From positions 1 through 58,577 of the IMG/VR virus record IMGVR_UViG_3300036851_000446: a stretch of DNA of 58,577 nucleotides; one strand, written 5' to 3'. The notes beneath the pieces were generated by a model that was given only the letters and a program-made list of their open reading frames with translations, ran no database searches and was not told where the DNA came from. Both the position numbers and the translations under genes were made by a program. Source of the stretch: a virus (taxonomy: Duplodnaviria > Caudoviricetes). Of the stretch, positions 43,592 to 51,605 are shown in pieces; position 1 is the first letter of the stretch; every line of letters begins with the position of its first letter.

Positions 43592-45184
43592 TCAACGGAA
43601 GCCCATGGCCCTCGCCTTACGCAACCGCATGCCCGAGGCGATCGCGTCCGTGCGTGCTTCCCAAGCCAGAACGAGTGCCATCGCGACGTCGATCTTGCGG
43701 CCCGGCGCCGGCTTGGCGATCGTCCACAACTGCCGGCCGTGCTCATCGCGGGCGTTGACCGGACGCTTCACAGCGTTACGGACATGCCGCAAGAGAACAT
43801 CGTCGCCGTCGTCTTCCTGACGGTGGATCTGTCCGCCCCGGATCGCCGAACCGACCGCACGACAGGCGTAGCCGACAGCCCGCCACCGATTCGTCCACCA
43901 CGGCACCACCGCCTGCTTGCGGTCAGCGCCCTTGTACTTCGCTTCCCACCCCGCGACCGAGGACTCCCAATAGGGCGGGTCGCAGTAGAACCGCCACACC
44001 CGCCAGTTTGAGAACAGATCAGCGACGGCCCGGTCGACGTCGGACTCGTCGATCTCCCAGTCCTCGCCGGCCTTGTCCGGCTTCTCCCACACCGCGTGGA
44101 GCCAGGTGTTGCCGGTCTCCACCTCGACGCACACGATCCCCGTCGAGTCATCGAAGCGGGCGCCGTCGAACCCGGCCACCACGAGCTGATCGCCCTGCGG
44201 GATGAGCCCGGTCTCGCCGAGCTGCGTGAACTTCTCCCGGTCCCACGCCCAATCGCTCGACGGCGCTGCCGTGTTCAGGTAGTAGCGCTTCGCGTCCGAC
44301 GGGTCGGTGTCCGGGTCGAGGATCTCCTCGACCAACCGCTCGAGGTCGACCCACCCGCCCTTCGAACGAGCGGACTCGCCGTAGGCGAACTCGAGCGCCG
44401 GAAGCAGCTGCACGGGATCGGTCATGTCGACCCGGTCGACACCCGGCGGCTCACGGGTATCGAAGTACACGCCGGCAGACCGGCGATCGGAAGCCTTGCC
44501 CGTCTTGTCCGCCACCGACCCGTCACCCAGGCCGGGAGCGTTCTGGAGCTCCAACGACCAGCCGCCCATCTTCGCGGCGTTCCGGCGCAACGTGTCGGCG
44601 AGACGCCACCCGCCGTTCTCCTTCATCCAGCTCTCGGACTGGTCGAGCACCGCGAACTTGATCGGCTGACCTTCACGCGACCCGGCGGCAGCGGTGACCG
44701 GTTCGAGGCGGCCCGGGCGGCCGATGAGATAGATGCGTGTCCGGCCGAGGTCGATGCCTCGCTCGCGGCAGACGTCGGGCCGACCGGACAGGGTGTCGAA
44801 CAGCCAGACCATGACGTTGTCGGTCTGGTCCTCGGACACGGCAGCGAACTGCACCCAGGGGTCGGCCCACGGTGCACCGACCGGCTGGCCGTCCTCCGAC
44901 CAGCCGGCGAACGACACCGGCCCGACCAGCTCGGCGTACCCGCAGTACGCACCCTCGGGACTCTTGCCTGCGCCCTTCGGCCGGCGGATCGCTGCACGCC
45001 GGTTCACCCGCCGACCGGTCTGCGGATCGAGCCGCCAGTACTCGATGACCCGATCCTGCTGCTCACCCGTCAGTGTGATCCCCAGATCAGCCTCGATCAA
45101 CGGGCCGACCTGGTAACCGAGCGAACACACCTGCCCCGGCCACGCCGGGACGAAACCGGCCGGACGCTCCACGACGAGCGTCAC
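43592..45184 (-). CDS. terL: Terminase large subunit
   Basis: RPKGAGKS Walker A, AAVSEDQT, VLDQ Walker B, GFDGARFDDSTG and KIDVAMA nuclease motifs. Confidence 0.95.
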   Translation of the reverse strand: MTLVVERPAGFVPAWPGQVCSLGYQVGPLIEADLGITLTGEQQDRVIEYWRLDPQTGRRVNRRAAIRRPKGAGKSPEGAYCGYAELVGPVSFAGWSEDGQPVGAPWADPWVQFAAVSEDQTDNVMVWLFDTLSGRPDVCRERGIDLGRTRIYLIGRPGRLEPVTAAAGSREGQPIKFAVLDQSESWMKENGGWRLADTLRRNAAKMGGWSLELQNAPGLGDGSVADKTGKASDRRSAGVYFDTREPPGVDRVDMTDPVQLLPALEFAYGESARSKGGWVDLERLVEEILDPDTDPSDAKRYYLNTAAPSSDWAWDREKFTQLGETGLIPQGDQLVVAGFDGARFDDSTGIVCVEVETGNTWLHAVWEKPDKAGEDWEIDESDVDRAVADLFSNWRVWRFYCDPPYWESSVAGWEAKYKGADRKQAVVPWWTNRWRAVGYACRAVGSAIRGGQIHRQEDDGDDVLLRHVRNAVKRPVNARDEHGRQLWTIAKPAPGRKIDVAMALVLAWEARTDAIASGMRLRKARAMGFR

Positions 45185-45187
45185 GAC

Positions 45188-45604
45188 CTACCCCGTGTCC
45201 CGGCGCCAACGATCAGGCGTCACGACCGAAGCCAGTTCGGCCTTCGTCTCAACAGCCGGCGGCTTCCAACGACGATCCTGCTGACCCTTCGGGGTGATCC
45301 CGTAGGTGTCCATCGTCAGCCGCAGCTCGCTAGACCGCTGGAACTCACCCCGCTCCACCTGGTCGTACAACCGGACGCACTGCCGCAAACCAGGCAGATC
45401 CTCCGGCCGCCAGTGCGCAGCGAACCACGCCGTGAGCCACGTGTGCCACGCATCCCTCGACGCCTTCAACAGACCGTCCGGCGGCTTCGGCAGGTCGCCG
45501 TGCTGCCAGCCGGAACCCTCCGTCGGCTGCCACTCATGGGTCGGCTTCGAGCGGGGGTTCAGCCGCTTGTCCGGGTCCTTCGGCGTCTTGCCTCGACCAG
45601 CCAC
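45188..45604 (-). CDS. terS: Terminase small subunit
   Basis: GGAGGTG RBS, AGRGKTPKDP start, ELRLTMDTYGITPKGQQDRRW; immediately upstream of terL. Confidence 0.85.
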   Translation of the reverse strand: MAGRGKTPKDPDKRLNPRSKPTHEWQPTEGSGWQHGDLPKPPDGLLKASRDAWHTWLTAWFAAHWRPEDLPGLRQCVRLYDQVERGEFQRSSELRLTMDTYGITPKGQQDRRWKPPAVETKAELASVVTPDRWRRDTG

Positions 45605-45728
45605 GGCATCACCTCCCGAGATCTTGAACGAGTCCAGAGTCCGACAGAGGGCGATTCTGTGACCAGGCGCCTGGGTTATCCACAGGCTAGGTTGAGTACC
45701 CCAGCCCCTTCCATTGCATTCCATGTCA

Positions 45729-46481
45729 TCACAGCATCCTGAGCTGCTCTGCACCGTTCCAGGCGTTGTCACGCTTCAGGCTGTTGCAACCGAAGTGCGC
45801 GAGTTGGAGGTTCGCCTCGGTGTGCGCACCGCCTTGGGATGCAGGAAGGATGTGGTCCAGCGTCCTGGCTAAGGGATGCGGGACCTGAGCGTCACGTGGA
45901 ACCTTCTTGCCGCAGAGCTGACACGTCCACTGGTCACGCACGTAGATGCGCCACCGGTTGACCCTGGCGCTCGTAGGTGAGCCCCGTCTAGCAATGCGAT
46001 GTCGACTTGCTGCCTCACGCCTATTGCATCTCTTGCTGCAATAGACGGCGAAGTGGGCACTGAGACAGGGTGGGACGAAGGGGACGCCACAGGAGTGGCA
46101 CGGACGGGGTGTCATGTCGGGGGGTGGCTTGCGGGGGTGATCACTCTGGTGCGGGCAACTGCCGTGGCAGTAGGTCGTGTCGCACGTCTTGCACACGCGC
46201 CACTTGAGCTTCACCTCAAGGCGAGCCCGTCCCGAGCCGTACATGTGACAGCTGTTCGAGCAGTAGCGCCCGTCATACCTCGTGGTCGAGTAGGTGCGGT
46301 CACACCATGCACAGCGCTTCTCGACGGGTACGAGCGGGGCTCTGGGCACCCTCGCTCGCCTGCGACGTTGAGCGTCGTTGTTGGCACATCGTGTGCTGCA
46401 CCACTTCGATGGGCCTCGACGACCAGGCGGTGGAGTAGGCAGCGTGGCGCCGCAGCCGGCGCAGGTTCTAGCGTCGGCCAT
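45729..46481 (-). CDS. HNH endonuclease with N-terminal zinc-finger repeats
   Basis: Three CxxC...YCSxxC units; RDQWTCQLCG...TLDHILPASQGGAH...NLQLAHFGCNSLK. Confidence 0.88.
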   Translation of the reverse strand: MADARTCAGCGATLPTPPPGRRGPSKWCSTRCANNDAQRRRRARVPRAPLVPVEKRCAWCDRTYSTTRYDGRYCSNSCHMYGSGRARLEVKLKWRVCKTCDTTYCHGSCPHQSDHPRKPPPDMTPRPCHSCGVPFVPPCLSAHFAVYCSKRCNRREAASRHRIARRGSPTSARVNRWRIYVRDQWTCQLCGKKVPRDAQVPHPLARTLDHILPASQGGAHTEANLQLAHFGCNSLKRDNAWNGAEQLRML

Positions 46482-46555
46482 GTCGGCACCTCTCAAGCAG
46501 GTATCGACCAGACCCCCGGCCGTTGGAGCGGTGCGGGGGTCGCTATGTCAAGGAG

Positions 46556-46984
46556 CTAGGGGTGGCTCATCGCCTCTTCGGCGAGCGTCTGTGCGTCCTC
46601 GCCTTCACGCCAGCGTCGCAGCAACGGCTGGTCGATGAGCTTGGTGCGTCGGCTGTGGCAGGGCTTGGCCATGGCGTGCAGCCACTGCGGGTCATCCGGG
46701 TTGTGGATGCCGAGGGCGACGAGGAGCTGGCGTGGTGGCCTGTGGTCGACTTCGGTCGCTGGTTGTCCGCATCCGCATTCGCAGGTTGGGTGGGTGTGGA
46801 GGTAGTCCCTGCGGGTGTGGCGCCACTGGTCCGTCGAGTAGACGGACATGGACGGGTCACCTGCTGCTCTGCGCTGTGCTGCTTGGATGCGTTTGCGTTC
46901 ACGGCGATGCAGGTCGCACGCACCGCTGGGCACGAGGGTGGGGCATCCGGGGGTGGAACAAGGGGAGGGTGCACGGGGGGGCAT
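46556..46984 (-). CDS. Packaging-associated HNH endonuclease (HK97 gp74-like)
   Basis: PCSTPGC, WRHTRRDYL..HPTCECGC..ATEVDH...CHSRRT; upstream of terS. Confidence 0.8.
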   Translation of the reverse strand: MPPRAPSPCSTPGCPTLVPSGACDLHRRERKRIQAAQRRAAGDPSMSVYSTDQWRHTRRDYLHTHPTCECGCGQPATEVDHRPPRQLLVALGIHNPDDPQWLHAMAKPCHSRRTKLIDQPLLRRWREGEDAQTLAEEAMSHP

Positions 46985-47245
46985 CAGCCCGGGGGGATCA
47001 GATCGTCAGATGACAGCATCCGCACGCTGTCGCCAGGCAGCGCCCGTTGGCACCGTGTGATTCCGGCAGATGGGCACACTTCATCCTTGAGCCCGGACGC
47101 CAGTCGCTCTGGCAGCGCCACGGTGGTGGGTCGAAGAGGATGCCTCGTGCGAGGCCTCGCCTCAACCGAACCTTCAAGGTGCGACACCACGGGCCACTTA
47201 GCGAGATGTACTGCGTTCTAGCACAAGTCATGGAAGACATGCAGG

Positions 47246-47848
47246 TCACGTGTCTTTCGGTGTCTTGCGCCAACCACGCTTCTCGCGCCGTGGTTGGTCG
47301 GGTAGCTGGCGCTCGAGGTGGTCGACCTTGCGTTGGAGGGCGTCGCGTTCGGCGATGACGCGGGCGAGGACGCGGGCGGTCATGTCGGCGTTGGGTTGGG
47401 CGTTGGTGGGGATGGACTCGTTCTCGCCTCGTGCGATGCGGGTGGCCTTGGCTGCGAGGGCGACGGCGAGCTCTTCGTCGTTGATGTAGTGCCGGGACTT
47501 GGTGTGGTCGTGGTCGCCGTCCTTGAGCAGCCGTGTGACGTCGTGGGCTGCTTCGGCGAGTAGTTCGCAGGCGTCGATGGTGGCGAGGGCGAGGTGCTTG
47601 TACGCGGTGCGGGCCCGCGGGTCGCCGTGCGTGTCGAGGGCGTAGTCGCGGTCGCCGCCGTTGACGGCTTCCCGGCGTGCGGTGGCGCGGTCGTAGGCGA
47701 GGGCGTGGAGGTCGGCAAGGTGGGGTTGGACGTCACCGAGGAGCGTGACGGTCGCTGCGAGCCGGTTGCGGATGGTGTCGATCCGTGGTGTGGCGCCGAA
47801 GTCCCGGAGCGCTGCAAGCTCGTCGAGCAGATCCGTGCGTCTAGTCAC
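47246..47848 (-). CDS. Hypothetical protein (last early gene; possible late regulator)
   Basis: GTGA overlap; position. Confidence 0.6.
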   Translation of the reverse strand: MTRRTDLLDELAALRDFGATPRIDTIRNRLAATVTLLGDVQPHLADLHALAYDRATARREAVNGGDRDYALDTHGDPRARTAYKHLALATIDACELLAEAAHDVTRLLKDGDHDHTKSRHYINDEELAVALAAKATRIARGENESIPTNAQPNADMTARVLARVIAERDALQRKVDHLERQLPDQPRREKRGWRKTPKDT

Positions 47849-48264
47849 GCCGTCTTCCTCATCGCGGTGACCTCGGCGTCCATCGAAGTGCGTTGGAGCG
47901 TCCCCCACCATCCGCGCCAGGTCTTGGCGCTGGGTGCGCCCGACCAGAGGTACGCCCAGCGATAGTCCGGCTCGAACGGCGTCAGTCCCAGCCCTCGCAT
48001 CGAGAGCGGGAGCCAGGCGCCGGGGCGGCGGTAGTCCCACCGGTAGCGGGGGGTGGTGAACGTGGCGCCGTGGGAGTCGACGATGAGCTGACGGGCGACA
48101 GGGGTCGTGCGTCCGGCTCGCACTGGCGGCTGAACGGTCTTGCAGCGGTGGTTGTCCATCTCGCGGGTGAGGTTGTCGATTAACTCGGTCGAGACGCTAC
48201 GGGACCAGCCGCAAAGACCGCAGGTCACGGTCTGGAGGTCATTCGAACGGCGGATCCAACTCAC
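47845..48264 (-). CDS. Hypothetical protein
   Basis: GTGA overlaps. Confidence 0.5.
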   Translation of the reverse strand: MSWIRRSNDLQTVTCGLCGWSRSVSTELIDNLTREMDNHRCKTVQPPVRAGRTTPVARQLIVDSHGATFTTPRYRWDYRRPGAWLPLSMRGLGLTPFEPDYRWAYLWSGAPSAKTWRGWWGTLQRTSMDAEVTAMRKTA

Positions 48265-48467
48265 GGTGTCCATCCCGGGTACGGGGGGTTCTCGCCTTCG
48301 AGGAAAGCGGCTGCACGGTGACCAAGCTCGAAGACGTCGATCTCGTCCTGGTGCTCGCCCGAGAAGTAGAAGCCCACTGTGGGGTGGCCTTCGCCGCGGA
48401 TGTAGGCGTCCACAGCCCACCATTCGCCGGCATGGGGCCAGTGCTCGGGGAAGGCCAAGCCGGTCAC
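48261..48467 (-). CDS. Hypothetical protein
   Basis: ORF track; overlaps. Confidence 0.55.
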   Translation of the reverse strand: MTGLAFPEHWPHAGEWWAVDAYIRGEGHPTVGFYFSGEHQDEIDVFELGHRAAAFLEGENPPYPGWTP

Positions 48468-48724
48468 GCATCACCGTCCTCGGGTGCCGTGAGAGCCCCG
48501 TGGTTGGCCGCTGGGGGCGTTTCGGGGGCCTGTGGGGTGGTGTGGGTGCCGGGGACGCTCTCAGGGGCGTGTGCGTGGTCGATCTGGTCGAGGGTGGTGA
48601 GGCCGGCTCGTAGCTCGGCCGCGGTGCGTTCGAAGCTGTCGGCGAGGGCCTCGACTTGGCGACGGATGTCGTCGGTCTTGAGGCGGGTGGTGATCTCGAT
48701 GGTCTGGTGGCTGGCCATGCTCAC
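48464..48724 (-). CDS. Hypothetical protein
   Basis: GTGA overlaps. Confidence 0.55.
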   Translation of the reverse strand: MSMASHQTIEITTRLKTDDIRRQVEALADSFERTAAELRAGLTTLDQIDHAHAPESVPGTHTTPQAPETPPAANHGALTAPEDGDA

Positions 48725-48903
48725 GCACCGTCCTCGGCCGGTCCGGTGGGGTAGCGCTCGCGTAGCTCGGCGTGCAGCTCGGTACGCAACCGGGTGTGCT
48801 CGGCCAGCAGTTGCCGTACGGCGTCGGAACCCACGCCGATGGGGCCGTGGTAGTCGGGGTTCGCCGGGAGGGCGTCGTGGAGGGTCTGGGCGGGGGTGGT
48901 CAT
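48721..48903 (-). CDS. Hypothetical protein
   Basis: ATGA overlap. Confidence 0.5.
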   Translation of the reverse strand: MTTPAQTLHDALPANPDYHGPIGVGSDAVRQLLAEHTRLRTELHAELRERYPTGPAEDGA

Positions 48904-49328
48904 GTCGGGTCCTGGTGGTCGCAGATGGTCTGGACGTTGAACGTGGGGTCGACGCCGTAGCGCTCGGCCAGGAAGCGCAGGACCCTGCGCACGGCGCCGG
49001 TGTCGCTGAGCGTGAACGAACTGCTGCTGCCGCCGTAGCCGCTGCTGGTGCCCGCGTGCCGGTCGGCGAACGCATCCAGGGCTCGGACGCAGCCGGCAAT
49101 GGCTTCGGCTTCCTTGTCGGGCAGCCGTGCCACGCGCCAAGCGTCGCGGTCGGCTTTCGCTGCGGCGAGCTGGCTGCGTAGCGCTTCGACGTGTTGCTCG
49201 TTGTCGGTGATGAGGGCGCAGACGAGGCAGCGTCCGTCGTCATCGAGCACCGGTCCGATGTCGGGCTCGTGGGGGTGTGCTTGGAGGGCGTCGTTTTCGC
49301 CGAGCGTCTGTTCGGTGGCGTCGGTCAT
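48900..49328 (-). CDS. Hypothetical protein
   Basis: AAGGAG RBS; ORF track. Confidence 0.6.
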   Translation of the reverse strand: MTDATEQTLGENDALQAHPHEPDIGPVLDDDGRCLVCALITDNEQHVEALRSQLAAAKADRDAWRVARLPDKEAEAIAGCVRALDAFADRHAGTSSGYGGSSSSFTLSDTGAVRRVLRFLAERYGVDPTFNVQTICDHQDPT

Positions 49329-49588
49329 GGCGTGCTCTCCTTCTGGCCGAGGAACTCGTCGCCGGTCATGGCGCCCTTGGCCGTGTCGCAGAACTTGCAG
49401 GCGAGCACCAGGTTCGAGAGGTCGTTGCTGCCGCCCCGGGACTTCGGGGTCCAGTGCTCGAGGATGGGCCGGAACATGTCGGGGCCGTCCTCGTCGAGTG
49501 CGGCCCGGCAGTAGCGGCAGCGCATCCCGTCGCGCTGGGCAAGGGAACGGATGCGGCGGGCCTTGTCGCTGACGGACATCCGGGCCAT
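49325..49588 (-). CDS. Small HNH endonuclease
   Basis: RDGMRCRYC...LEHWTPKSRGGSNDLSNLVLACKFC. Confidence 0.85.
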   Translation of the reverse strand: MARMSVSDKARRIRSLAQRDGMRCRYCRAALDEDGPDMFRPILEHWTPKSRGGSNDLSNLVLACKFCDTAKGAMTGDEFLGQKESTP

Positions 49589-49604
49589 CAGCTGCGGGTC
49601 CAGT

Positions 49605-50123
49605 TCATGTCGGCTCCTTGGTAAGGATCGGGACCTCGAGCTTGTCGAGGGCCCGTCGGTGGACCTTGGGGAGGTCGAGCAGCGGTTCGCCGCACAGGTC
49701 GTGGGCGAGGGCACGCAGCCACCAGGCGTCGACCTGGTTGTCGTCGGCGACGTCGAGGCCGGTGCGCTTGTAGAGCTCCATGCGCATGTCGGGTTTGGGG
49801 GCGTTGCCTCGGCCGGTGGCGTAGGTCTTGAGCGTGGCGGGCGTGATCGTCAGCCACGGCAGCGTCAGGTAGTCGAGGATCGCCACCCGGATGGCACCAT
49901 GGAGCATCCCGAGGGCGCCGGCCGCGGCGTTGCGGATGCCCATCGGCAGATCCTCGAACACGACAAGGGTGGGGGTCGTCTCGTCGATCAGGTTGCCCAC
50001 GGCGTCACGGAGGTCCTGGAGGCGCCAATCACCCTTGGCCTTCGTCCTGATCGTCGAGAGAGCGCCGTCGGGCCGGGCGATGCCGGTGGCGCTGATGGAC
50101 AGGTCGAGGGCGAGGACCTTCAT
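49605..50123 (-). CDS. RuvC-like Holliday junction resolvase
   Basis: VLALDLSISATG, VVFED, PATLKTYATGRGNAPK, DNQVDA. Confidence 0.88.
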   Translation of the reverse strand: MKVLALDLSISATGIARPDGALSTIRTKAKGDWRLQDLRDAVGNLIDETTPTLVVFEDLPMGIRNAAAGALGMLHGAIRVAILDYLTLPWLTITPATLKTYATGRGNAPKPDMRMELYKRTGLDVADDNQVDAWWLRALAHDLCGEPLLDLPKVHRRALDKLEVPILTKEPT

Positions 50124-51403
50124 GCGCTCTTCTCCACATGGATCGCCTCGAACCGAACCGGCGTGCCGCAACGTTCTGCCTGAGCCCTGCACCGACGACA
50201 GCAGAGCCATCGCTCGTCCTCGTGGCGATGGATGGCCACGTACGCGGCTTCGGTCTCCCGGCAGGTATCGCAGGTCGCCTTCAGCGATGGCGGCTTGCTG
50301 CGGTGGTCGTTGGGCGGCCAGTGGCGCCCTCGGCATCGAGCGGTCATCTCGCACAGCACGCCCAGGCGGTTGGTCGGTAGCCACATGGCCTCCCCGCAGA
50401 CATCGCAGGGCGCCCAGTGGTGGGTGTGCGTCTGGGCGCGCAGCCTCTTGGGCGACTTCGTCAGGTCGGGGTACTCGACCCGCAGGCCGCCGTTGAAGAG
50501 ACCGCACAGCGCCAGGACGACCTGTCGTTCGGCTGCCTTGGTCAGCTTGGGCAACGTCTCGACGAACGACACCTTCGCCGGATCGGGGATCTCGCGCAGC
50601 TCGATCGACTGCTCGAGGTCGATGACGGCATGACGCTCGCACTCCTGGACGTACTTACCGCGAGCGTGGGGTGAGATGCGCTGGCGGCTGAGGCGTCGAG
50701 CCGTGCTGCCCGACGAGGCCGCCAGGTCGAGATAGAACCCGAAACTCTCGAGGAAGACGTACCGGAGCTCCTTGCGGAGGATGCGCGGGATCACCGCCTC
50801 GATGGGTTGCGCCGGCGCCCGTAACCCCGTCTGGTCGAGGGCCACGCCATCCACGACGATCGACAGGTCGTCGTCGACCCGGAGTGCCTCGACGTCCTTG
50901 GACCGGTTCGCCCATCCACGCGGGCCCTGATGGGTCCAAGTGACTCGACCGCCGAAGTTGTCGATGTAGCGCTGTGTACGATCGTGAACGTCGGCTGCGG
51001 TGATATGTGAAACCTGCGCTTCGAGCACTCGGCTCGCGTTGGTCTTTGGATCTACCGCCAACACATCAGCACGGCAGTTGTTACCGAAGACCTCAACATC
51101 AACACTCCAACCGGCATCTCGCGCCGCTTGAGCGAGAGCCGACTTGAGCATGCCGTGCTCCACCGACTCGTCGGTGTGGTAGCCGAGCGCTCGGCAGCGT
51201 TCAGCCTCGCCGGGGTTGTGGGCGAAGATCATGAACGGGTCGGGGCCATCGACAAGATTCTTGATGTGAGCCCTGCCCTTGCACCCCGCACAACGGATCG
51301 CCGGGGGGTCGGCGTGCAAGGCTCGCTTGTCCGCCGGCGAGAGGCCACCCGGGTGTTTCGAGTCGAGGATCGTCAGCTCACCCTCGACGAGCGCCGTGAT
51401 CAT
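50120..51403 (-). CDS. CoiA-like PD-(D/E)xK nuclease with C-terminal zinc fingers
   Basis: CAGC...FAH...ESVEH..LK...RADVL...LEAQVS...RTQRY. Confidence 0.75.
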   Translation of the reverse strand: MITALVEGELTILDSKHPGGLSPADKRALHADPPAIRCAGCKGRAHIKNLVDGPDPFMIFAHNPGEAERCRALGYHTDESVEHGMLKSALAQAARDAGWSVDVEVFGNNCRADVLAVDPKTNASRVLEAQVSHITAADVHDRTQRYIDNFGGRVTWTHQGPRGWANRSKDVEALRVDDDLSIVVDGVALDQTGLRAPAQPIEAVIPRILRKELRYVFLESFGFYLDLAASSGSTARRLSRQRISPHARGKYVQECERHAVIDLEQSIELREIPDPAKVSFVETLPKLTKAAERQVVLALCGLFNGGLRVEYPDLTKSPKRLRAQTHTHHWAPCDVCGEAMWLPTNRLGVLCEMTARCRGRHWPPNDHRSKPPSLKATCDTCRETEAAYVAIHRHEDERWLCCRRCRAQAERCGTPVRFEAIHVEKSA

Positions 51404-51436
51404 GACTGACGGTCCCTTTCGGTCGCGAAAAGGGGC

Positions 51437-51605
51437 GCGCGGGGACCGCGGGGAGACGCGGGGAGCTTTTCACCCACTCCTATATGAAAAACACTAATCA
51501 TGATCCAAAATCTTCCTCGCGTTGGATAGAGAGGTCCCCGCGTCTCCCCGCGGTCCCCGCGCTTTGTTGTCCGTTCGAGTGCACATCGGTCCCCGCGGTC
51601 CCCGC
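51437..51605. other. Putative replication origin
   Basis: Perfect 28-bp inverted repeat (51437-51464 / 51535-51562) built from CGCGGGGA units around a 70-bp AT-rich core; more units at ~51588-51605; at the 3' end of the primase-helicase gene. Confidence 0.7.

Noticed and set aside
46985-47245. Late promoter or ncRNA upstream of the packaging HNH
   Set aside because: Plausible by position, but only weak promoter-like hexamers and a short Cys-rich ORF; insufficient support
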